DNA of 64,000 nt. Origin: Paragordius varius (lineage: Eukaryota > Animalia > Nematomorpha). A program made the position numbers and the translations under genes. This document shows positions 50,883 through 61,203 of this stretch, in pieces. Each line of letters begins with the position of its first letter. Positions within the stretch are counted from its first letter, which is position 1. Location: NCBI GenBank assembly GCA_964247055.1, contig OZ176054.1, positions 13,471,746-13,535,745 on the forward strand, in the 5' to 3' direction. The notes under the pieces are model-generated. The model was not told where the DNA came from. It worked only from the letters and a program-made list of their open reading frames with translations, and searched no databases.

Positions 50883-53800
50883 TTAATTTCCTTTAAAAAT
50901 TGGTTTCCTTTTTTCGGTAAATGCTTTTAAGCCTTCCAATCTGTCGTTTGAATAAATGACCTAAATATTATGAAATTTATTATAGACAAATTGTTCAATG
51001 GCATAATTAATTATTGGAATTTTACGTACAGTTTCATAACAAGTTCTTTCAATTTCTAAACCATTTTGTATTGTTGTGTTCATTCCTTCATCTATGGCTT
51101 TTTTAGCACAACGAATACTCAAAGGACTCTACAAAAATAAAGCAAAGAAAAGTATAATTCAAAAGACCAAAGGTTGAAACTAATGATTTGTCCTAAATCA
51201 ATAGAAAAAAAATCGATTAACACAAGCTTAATTAATTATCTCATTCAAAAACCTCCTCTTATAAATTTTACATTAAGGTAAATAATATATTTGAATATAA
51301 ATTTAGCTGAATTATTTACACAATTTTGCAAAATTTGAGTTGCTAATTTTAGGGATCTCTCGTAAGCTGGGAAAATGACATTCCTATGTTCGTTTGAATT
51401 GTTCTCTATTATAATAAATGAGCTATAATTATAAAAAATGATTAAAAATATGTAATCTAATCGGATATAGACATATTTACTATTTTTCATCGGTTCAAAA
51501 TAATATTCATGACCTAAAAATATGGTTCCATTTGTTTTACATATTCCAAAAAAATGTCAAGAAAGTCCAATTATGGATAAACAAGCAAAACGTAAAAAAA
51601 AATAAATATTTTTCCTCAAAAGACAACCATACTTTTTAAATCTAAAATTTTCCTTTATAATTATTCAAAATCGTTATATATTTAATTGATTATGATTCCA
51701 TATACATCTCTATTTCCAAATTTAAACATTAAAATTAAAAAATTCGAGATTAAAAAAGTATTGTTGTCTTTTGAAAAAAATGTTTGCCTTTAAATTTTTA
51801 AGTTTTGCCCGTATAAATTCTACTTTTACTGCATATACCAAAACAAAAAAATTCGATTAATAGAGAATCAGGTAAAAAATTGGAAAAAAGTAACTTTTAA
51901 AATAAACATTTTCCTTGAATCGTTAATCGGGTTATTAACCGCCTCTAAAATAAGCATAAGGATTTTGGTCAAAAATAATTAGTGGTTCTAAAAGGGTTTA
52001 AGTTAAGTGTTTGAATTAAAAACCTGTCTGAGGTATGTGGTCAATTTTGATGGATTGATTAACTAAATCCAGCTGTTCGGCCGATTGTCCATCAATAATA
52101 GAACCGGAGAAAATGAGTTCTTTAGCTTTAAGAGTACCAATCAGCCTTGTTAATCTTTCGGTTCCACCTTCAAAAAGGAAAATAATTCTTAATAATTGGG
52201 TTAGTTTTAGGAAAAGGAAAAGCTTTTTAAACATAAAAAATATATGAATTATGCGTTCCGTCTTACAACATTACTCTAAAGCAGTGCTCTTTTTTTGTTG
52301 AGGCCTTAGCAAATTGAAATAAAAATTGTTGCGCCCCTCAAAAAAAGATAAAAATGTAAAATATTTTATATTATAAGCTTAATCAATGAGATCCTATATT
52401 GCTAACAAATTATGATAATTTACCTAAAATTCTTCGATTTGTTTAATTTATTATTTAATTAAATTCGCCAAATTATTCGCGTTGAAAAGCACTGTTCTAA
52501 AGCCTTTTTTATGCGCAAAAATTTAGTAAAATTTGAACAAAATGAACCTAAATGATAAAAACGTTATTATATATAAATTTAATTATCGAATTCATCATTA
52601 ATATATATTCAAATGTATACCAGCTCCAGGAATGATGCCTAATTTCGTTTCAACTAAACCAAGCTTAGAAGTGTCAGCTATAGTGATATATATTGTTAGG
52701 TATAAGTTTCTATACAGTAAAAATAAAAGTGCTAAAATTAAGATATTAAATTAAATATAACCCTTATGATTTATGTTAAAATATGTGATAGAGTTTTTCC
52801 TTTTTTGAAAAAACTATTTACCTATATATTTAACGTTCTGTCTTTACAATTAATAAATTCGAATAAAAAATATATTAAATACTGGTTATTCTCATATCAG
52901 CTGATAAGGCCAATTCTAAACCTCCACCGAAAGCTGAACCATCTAAAGCCGCAATCGTTAATTGAGGAAGTCGATAGAAACGTTGGAAAAGATTGCGCAT
53001 TTTTTGAACATGATCTCCAACCCGTTCTATTGGCATAGCTATTCTTTATTTAAGATCTGCCCCTAAAAAATCATCGAAATATTTGATTGCTACAGATAAC
53101 AGTAAATATAGAAATAACTAATTTTTAAAATTATTCTTTATTTAAATGTGTAAATGGTAATTTTTTAAGAAAAGCATAATATTTGTTTTATATAACCTAA
53201 CGTGTGATTACATTGTAAAGTAAATTTGAAATTTTGAATTTTTAATGATGGTTTTAGACAAATATTCTCATTCTAGTTTCTATAGGCACAAAAATATCGT
53301 TTTAGAATTAGTTTTGTAACAATTAAATGAACATCTTATTAGTGGAGATTGCAAATCACACACAGTTGCTTATATCCCACTATTTAGGATCCTAAAATAA
53401 AATTTTAAAAAAAATCGTAAGAAATTTTCAACATGTCTTTCCAACAAAGCCAGCCAGCACCTTGGACTTAAAAAACAATTGCCTCTCTGCAAATAATCCA
53501 AAAAATTTGTGATATTCGAATAAAACAAATTAAAATAAAAATAAGGTTAATACTCGTTTACAGCTATCATTAAAATAGTCAAAACAAATTTTTACAAAAT
53601 TCATCATTTAAATTATTTTTTGTTCGTGGTTTACTGATTTAAATAAAATCTGGAAAAACTTAAAAAGAAGACTATGGACGAAACACGTTACAGAGCTCGG
53701 ATAGATCTAGGTGGCAAAAGTGGAGCCAATATTTAATGGGTTCTTTTTTCTTAAAAATTAAATTTTATTAATGGGAAAAAGACCTGAGCAAAAAACACCG

Positions 53801-54137
53801 GGAACAAGGCTACGTAAAATGATTGCATGACAATTCGTTTCTTTTGAAGCGGTTTCAACGTGATTTGACAGCTATATTATTTAAAATATATTTTCAAACT
53901 AAATAAAATTACATATTAGCTTTATTTGACATAAAATGGATTAAATTAGCATACTAAATCGAGCATTTCTAAGTTTAAGGCATTTTTTACAGTTGGTCTG
54001 TTTAACTCAATAGCATAAATTCCTACAATAATTTTAGATATACCTAAATTTTTATCTATTATTTTGAATGTGCAGATATTCTTCATACCAGCAATGTCAA
54101 ATTTTTGAGACATGCAGTAAAATAATTTTAAACGCAT
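50883..54137 (-). CDS. AUH: AUH/ECHDC2-type enoyl-CoA hydratase (methylglutaconyl-CoA hydratase-like), carrying one in-frame TAA
   Basis: Exons give IELNRPTVKNAL, IILRSLVPGVFCS, GADLK*RIAM, TIAALDGSAFGGGLELALSAD, GLVETKLGIIPGAGGTERLTRLIG, KELIF, AYERSL, PLSIRCAKKAIDEG, DRLEGLKAFTEKRKPIFKGN*; AUH versus ECHDC2 orthology not resolvable by eye. Confidence 0.9.
51560..51831. mobile_element. MITE family M1 copy (AUH intron), left end degenerate
   Basis: AAAAGACAACCATAC motif and right end TTGCCCGTATAAATTCTACTTTTACTG. Confidence 0.7.
52282..52494. mobile_element. hAT-type MITE (AUH intron)
   Basis: CAGTGCT...AGCACTG ends with 8-bp flanks CTCTAAAG / TTCTAAAG (7/8). Confidence 0.75.
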
Positions 54138-54935
54138 TTAAATCAACCCATGCGAGACGATTTTTTATAGTAAATCATATGCTTAACCTAAAAAATTATA
54201 TTATTCTAGTTTTTAAAGCGAAAAGGAAGGAGTTTTTCAAACAAAATAAAGTTTTATTTGTTGTCTAATTTTTTAAAAAAATTAAGATGATCCACATGTA
54301 TAGGGACTATGAGGTAGTATTGTCCAAGTAACAGTTAAAATTATTACAAAAACAAATAAATTTAATATAAGGCTGCTCTACTTTTTAAAACTCATTATTA
54401 AACATATTTAAATATGTTTTAAATATTTTACGATAATAAAGTACAAAAAATAACTTATTCTGATAGAAAAAAGTATTATTATGATGGTGCTTATGGTTTT
54501 GGACCTTATGAGTGATATAAGAAAGTTATTTATATTTTTGTGGTGGAAAATGGCATAATTTGAGCAATAATTTGTAAAAAAACTTTTAATGAAAACTGAT
54601 TTGCTTATTACAAAAACACTAAATATATCATAAACTACCTATAAAGGCAAAACTATATTTTTACAATAATTTAATTTTTAGATATTGGCTGCGTCACACT
54701 TTTCTTTCTTCTAAGAGCTAGTGCTTTTAGACGCCAAAATGCCGGGATTGCGCCATAAAATATTGAAGTATTATATTATATTTAAAAAAATTTATAAAAA
54801 ATACATACTTTTACCAAAATTGTAAGCGTATTTTCTCCTATATTTAGGCATGATGGAAACAGTATAAATCGCTTTTTGATAGTAAAAATACTTTTTTAAT
54901 ATATGAATGATGCTGATCGTAAAATTAGTTAATTT

Positions 54936-55222
54936 TCAAAAATTGAAATTATGCGGACATAACGTAAAAATATAAAGACAAATATTTTTTTCTAAAAGAC
55001 AACCATGCTTTTTACAACCTTAATGTTTCCCATATAAGCTATTGAATTACAAATGTAATTGAATTGATTGTGTTAGTAATTTATATATATTTATTTCATA
55101 CTTTGCCATTTAAAACAATGAGTTATATTGAAATGAGTCAAGATTTAAAAAGTATGGTTGTATTTTAGAAAAAAATAATTGTTTTATTTTCACTTATGTC
55201 CGTATAATTTAGGTTTTCACTG
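54936..55222. mobile_element. MITE family M1 copy at the left breakpoint of duplication unit B
   Basis: AAAATTGAAATTATGCGGAC...TCCGTATAATTTAGGTTTTCACTG; homology to unit A starts immediately after it. Confidence 0.8.
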
Positions 55223-55379
55223 TGGCTTGAATTTCATTGTTGTAATATATTATGTTAGTTGATGCGTTACGACCTAATAAAGTATCAGGATTACCGGATA
55301 TTTTTAGTTTACGCTCATTTTCGCGAAAGATTTCTTCACAGCGCCATCAAATCAAATTAAAGAGGTGTCCGCTTTTCAT
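55220..55379 (-). pseudogene. Truncated duplicate of the secreted-protein gene
   Basis: MKSGHLFNLI*...RKLKISGNPDTLLGRNASTNIIYYNNEIQATV matches the 30200 gene; signal peptide partly deleted, stop/frameshift, cut by a MITE. Confidence 0.85.
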
Positions 55380-58300
55380 TAGCCAATTCACGAAAAGTTA
55401 AATGCATAGAAAAAAATAAACTGAAGATTATATTATATTGTAAAAACTTACGGATTGGAATCAAAGCCGTATGTGACTGATATACATTCATGGATATTTT
55501 ATGGACAAAAAGTGTAAAAAGAAACTTTATTTTTAAAAGACCATACTTTTAAAATCCTGATTTTTTATAAATCATTATTAAAATTTGCATAGTATGAAAA
55601 TAATGATATATAATAGTAACACATTCCATTATATATTTTACGTTTCTGATTAAATAATTTTTTGGTAAATATACGGATAAACAAAGTATGGATGTATTTT
55701 GAGAATAATATCATTTAAAAAGATTTGCCCGTGAAACCACCCAGATTAAAAACAAAATGCAAATTTTAACCCTGTTTATATGGCGCTTTACAATAATATA
55801 TGGCACTAACATTCAACTAAATAATTATTAATGATATGCATTGTTTTCAAAAAATTTTCATTGTGGTGGCATACATAATCTTACTTATATTTATAATAAG
55901 ATATATATCGTACTATCGGAACTATTTCCACATAGGAAGAATTTATTTTAGTGGGAGGGGTGTAAATATGTGAGACCCCGGGTGCATTATAAAATTTAAT
56001 AAGAATATTGTTTTAATAATTGTAATATATTAATTTGAAGCCAGCGTTTACCAAAATTAATCGTATATAACACTGCTCAACAAGGTTTTGCACCACCCCA
56101 TTATTTTTGCATTTTCTGATACCTAATGGCATGGAAAGGCCAAACAAAAAAGAAAATTGAGGCCACCAATAGGATTTTTCCGAAATTTAATTTTTAAATT
56201 TGTATTTAATTTAAAAATAACAATCATTCCTCGTGTACATATGTTTAAATATTCAAACGAACAAGTCGATACAAGTAATATTCCATGCATGAATAACAAA
56301 ATTCTAGGCATTAAATAAGATACTAAACAAGCTAAGAGCCAAAGTATTAAAAATCTAAAAGGGGCTTATGTATAGTGTGATAGATCCGGGCGGCTGCACA
56401 AGCTCTGCATATCCCCCAAGCGATCCAATTATGCCAGATATGGCAAACATAACAATAAGTAATCGTAAAGCACGATAAGAGAGACTTTCAAGCAAAATCC
56501 AGGCAAATTGACATGTCAAATTAATCAATTCACAGAATAAACTTGGATAAATTCTACAATTAAATTGAATAAAAAGATTAGGTAAATACAAATGGTCCAA
56601 TCCCAAAATAGTAAATTCTACTAAAAGTGGCTACACAACATCCATCTGAAATTAAAAATACAAAACAACCAATAATTTTAAAAAATAAAGTATATCCACT
56701 AGGTATAAATAAAGGATTTTTTGTAAGAACCAACCCAAGAAAAAAGCCTAATAAATACTCGAAAGAACGAAAACTAACAAAAAAATATAGCCTATCTGAA
56801 AGCCGAAGGTTTAAACCATAGAATGCCTTTTTTAGTATTTTTTAAAAAAAATTTTATACGTATTAAAAATTCACTTGAAAGAAAAAGACTAAATTTTGGC
56901 GTTTAAGTCCGTACTATTTTTTTCTCTCTGATATTTAAATGACATATATTTATTCAAAAGATAGAGTTTAAAACGCTTTAATAAATGATATTAAGTTTAT
57001 AATATAATAACATTTTATTATAAAGTTATATTTAATTTTCTCTCGATTTTCTCTTGTTTTTGAAAAATTGAAAAACCTATAATATTTCAAAATTCTGATT
57101 GGCGGGATCAAAAATTTTTTCACCTTCGGTTTTAAAACACTGAAATTAGTCATAATTTAAAAAGTTTGAGTGGTGGTGCTCAAAAATGTCCAAATTTGTC
57201 GACTGGTGTAATTAATAAGATTCGATTTTGTGAACTATATTGTAAATATAGCTAACGGGTGAATCGAAATTATATTTGCCTTAATTTTGAATATAAAATA
57301 TATATAAATTACCCAAGAAATTTATAGGACATACCACTGGACAGGGAATTGAAGCGTTAAAAGAAAGAATTTAAAATAGATAAAAGATAAGTTTATAAAT
57401 TAAGGTTTAAAATAATCTTTTGCTCCCAGCATGATTTGATCATATTATAATTATATAGTAAACATATTACCATTATCATGACTCCTAAACCTATAAGATT
57501 TGAAGTTAAATTGTTTTTTCAGGTAAGAATTTAGCTAATATATAGATTTTTCTATATAATTTTTCACCTATTTTATTACAAAAAAATTGTAAATTAAAAA
57601 CATGTGCAAATCAATGGGCGTTAAAAAAATGAAAATTTTAACCGATTGTAACGCAAAAAAATGTTTTTTTAACCTAAAAATATTATTAAAATATTTATTA
57701 ATGTTGGTATTGTTTGTGTGTTTAAGGCTATTTTACAATTCTTTGTGACAATAAGAACAATTCTTTTAATTAAAAAATGTATAAAAATTTATATTTCCTG
57801 CCTTATTTTTTTGGTATTTTCTTGCGACGTCAGTATGCGTTCGTGTTTGTTTCCAAAGCACCAACTTACTTTCAATATCAAAATACTTCGGATTCAGAAT
57901 TAACCGATAACTTTAACACAATCGATGATATATCTGGTAATGTTGAGTTTTCCAACAATTTCAGTTTTGTATATGCTGAAAAATTACCGGATAATTATTT
58001 AAGTTCACAAATGCAAACTGAATTCCAAAGGCCAATAAGTCTCAAAGATAATCGCGAATTGTTAAAGGGCCGAACATGGGAAGAATACGAATTAGTTCAA
58101 AGATATATGACATATCTTGATAATAATCAAACTATTATAGATAAAAAAAGTTCTACCAAAAATGTTTTTGCGCCCTCAACCAAAAGCAATGGCCTATTTG
58201 AAACGGATATTGTGTTGACACCTCAAACAGCCCAATATTATTTCGGACGCAATTTTCCTCAAACAACGGAACAGAATTTGAATTCAATATTACCCAAAAA

Positions 58301-58920
58301 AGTTTCGCGGGTTTATAAAACATGGAAAGATATGATGCCAATACGATATAAATTGGAAGACCTGGAAGGTTAGTAATTAATTTTGTTTCATTTTGATAAA
58401 TATGAAATGTAAATAGTTAAAACTTTGTATTAGTGTCTAATATTTTATAAGCCTAAACAGTTAAATTTATATTAGACATAGTGATCCATTGAAATAAAGT
58501 TAAACAGCACATAATATGGAGATGATTAAATTTAGATGTTTAACGGCATTAACTATTAGGTAGGTAGGTAGGTTGATTCCCATTTAATTAACTATATTTA
58601 GTGGTTTAGTAATATAATATACTTTTTCTAGAGCAACACATATAATTATTTTTATTAGATAAATTGCTAAATGATCAAATTATTGAAGCAATATATCTTT
58701 GGAATTTGACTTGCGTACGCTTCCAAGCCATACCTGACAACTCAAATGAAACTGTCCAAGGAGATCATTTAGTATTTTTTTCGGGGGCTGGGTAATTCAT
58801 AATACCTATTTCTTTCAAAAACAAAAGTTTACATTTACTATTGTTAGCTGTTGGTCCTACATTGGTAAGACAGGCGGAGAACAAACTATTTCAATAACAA
58901 CGAAATGTGCGAAAGTATGT
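55222..58920 (+). repeat. Segmental duplication unit B (partner 30010-32700)
   Basis: Colinear with unit A apart from the C2 insertion. Confidence 0.9.
56071..57208 (-). mobile_element. CMC/Chapaev3-like family C2, second copy
   Basis: TAA|CACTGCTCAACAA...TTGTCGACTGGTG|TAA; absent at the paralogous position of unit A (~30900-30930). Confidence 0.85.
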
Positions 58921-61008
58921 AATTATATTATACCATTTGTCAGTCAAAAGCAACACTTTTCCAACCAAAAACAACATTTTTAGTTCCGTTACTATGGAAA
59001 ATATTGCGGTTGGTTAAAAGACGTTGCTTTTGACTGAAAAAATGGTATTAAAGCAATTTGAAACAATCTTTTGCCGTAGATATATGGATTTTGTTTAATA
59101 TTAAAATTAATATTTTTTGTCATACCTTTTATGTATAGATGTGAATTGGTAATACAATTAATTAAATATTTTATTGTAATTATATCTGTGGCTCCCAACC
59201 TTATTTTGTTTAAGCCCCACCAAATCGAAAAAAAAATTCTTGCGCCCCCTCTCAAAATCCAAGATATTATAAAATCCCAATCAATAAGATCCTTATATCA
59301 CCATTTTTTAAAATATTTTTCCATATCAGTAAAAAGTCATAATTAGCAGCTAAAAAATTTCAATTTGTTTCTACTAATATTTAATTAATTCTCCAATTTT
59401 TTCGCGCCCTTATATTTTTCTATGCTCATCTTGGGGGCGTTGCTCTCCTTTTGGAACCACTGATTAGAAAGTTTATATTGGAAAAGTAAGGTTTACAAAA
59501 CTATGGTGGTTTTTAGAAAAAAATATTTGACTTTTAACTTTTACGTTATGTCCCTGCATATAGTTTCCGTTTTTATCGTAAACTAACGGTAGGTGGGTGA
59601 AATAGCTCATGAAATTGGTCACGCTTTAGGTTTTTGGCACGAACAAAGTCGACCAGATCGAGATTTTTATGTTGAAGTTCAATACCAAAATTTGGAGAAT
59701 GATGCTTATCGTAATTTTGCTAAAGTTGCCAAAAATAATACCAAAATCCTAACTATTCCATACGATCTCAGTTCCATAATGCACTATGATCCGCATGTAA
59801 TGATTTCTATTTATTATGTATAAATTAGTTGTTCCAGTCAAGCGTGTGTGAGAGAGCTATTAATATAATAAATTAACCATAATTTTAAAGGTCTATGTTT
59901 ATACATTAAATCAAGATAAATCACTGCTAATTTAGCTTGAAAGTTATGTTATAATTGAGGAGATCAAAATCGATCAATAAAATTTGGTTTAATACTCGCT
60001 TTTGATTGAATTTAATTCAGCTACGTAACTATTTTATCAATTACAACCAACCAGTGATTAATCGTGAATGCATCAACCGGTTCCTATTTAATTGTTTTAG
60101 CAAAAATTTGACATATGCCCATAATTGGGAAATGAGAGACAAATCTATTTTTATGAATATCAAGTCAAAATATTCTTGATCAACATTCGGAAATGGTTTT
60201 TTGAGATTTTTGAAATTTGTCATAAATATAAAGAAATGAAGTCAAACTAAAAGGCTTCTGCTCAAAAAACGCTTGACCGTGTCGCATTTAAGGTATGACA
60301 AATAAAAATTATAATATAATAAAATAATTATATTTCTATATTAGGCATTGTCCAAAAATCAGGAACCGACTTTGAAAACGTTAAAACCACGATTGCAACC
60401 TAGTATGGGCAACAGGGAATATCTAACATTCTCTCACGCTAAGGCTATTAATGAAGAATATTGTCCAGGTACTTATACCTATATCAAAGAGTGAGTAACA
60501 TCATGGGTAAATACTAATAGAAAAGGCTAACGAATCAAAATTATTCAATATTAATTGAAAACATCAATATCATGCATATTATTTACCTTTTTGAAATATT
60601 ATATTTTATTATTTCTAATTTGACGTATGAAGGACACGAGTTTGGTCACTTATCTCATAGAGATTAGATGTATATCATATAAAGTCGAAAGTAGCTGTTT
60701 ATTTAAAACCTCAAAGAACTTGCAAGATTTATAGTTTCTTGCTCCTATTTTCGATTTTTGCAATTAAATTTCTTTAGAATTAGGCCTTATTTTGATATAT
60801 AATGCATTGTATGAATTTTAGAAACATGCGACTATGTTTATCGTGCAAGCAAATGTTATAGAAATGGATATCCGAACCCCAATAATTGTACCCAATGCCT
60901 GTGTCCGGATGGCTTTAACGGAGGACCCTACTGTGATCATTTAACACCGCATTCTCATCCACAAAGTTTTTTTTATTCTTTCTATCGTTTAAAACGAAAA
61001 AGATTATA
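57777..61008 (+). CDS. Astacin-family (M12A) zinc metalloprotease copy B with EGF-like domain
   Basis: Exons 57777-58368, 58659-58791, 58848-58914, 59593-59796 (HEIGHALGFWHEQSRPDRD, YDLSSIMHY), 60345-60468 (MGNREYLTF..YC), 60822-~60965 (CYRNGYPNPNNCTQCLCPDGFNGGPYC); true 3' end uncertain. Confidence 0.93.
59186..59462. mobile_element. hAT-type MITE (GCGCCC-motif family) in astacin B intron
   Basis: CTGTGGCTCCCAACC...TTGGAACCACTG ends; internal AAAAATTCTTGCGCC shared with 5211-5493. Confidence 0.6.
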
Positions 61009-61203
61009 AAATTTAATAATTTACAGTGCAGTGAATATTTGTAATTATATAGAAATAATGTGGAAATTTCAAAAGGCTATATAATATTTAATTTATTTGA
61101 ATATCTGATCGATGTGAATTGCAGATAAAGGATTATGTTAATTGGTAACACACCCAATTATATAAATGCAAAGATGTGTTTAAATACTTTATGTGGAAGA
61201 AAA

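Noticed and set aside
2533-61008. Non-standard genetic code (TAA=Glu/Gln or TGA=Trp) suggested by the AUH stop and the satellite TGA/TGG toggle
   Set aside because: The 567-codon GPCR, all FGGY exons and the astacin catalytic exons have no in-frame stops under the standard code despite extreme AT richness, and they end in TAA/TAG
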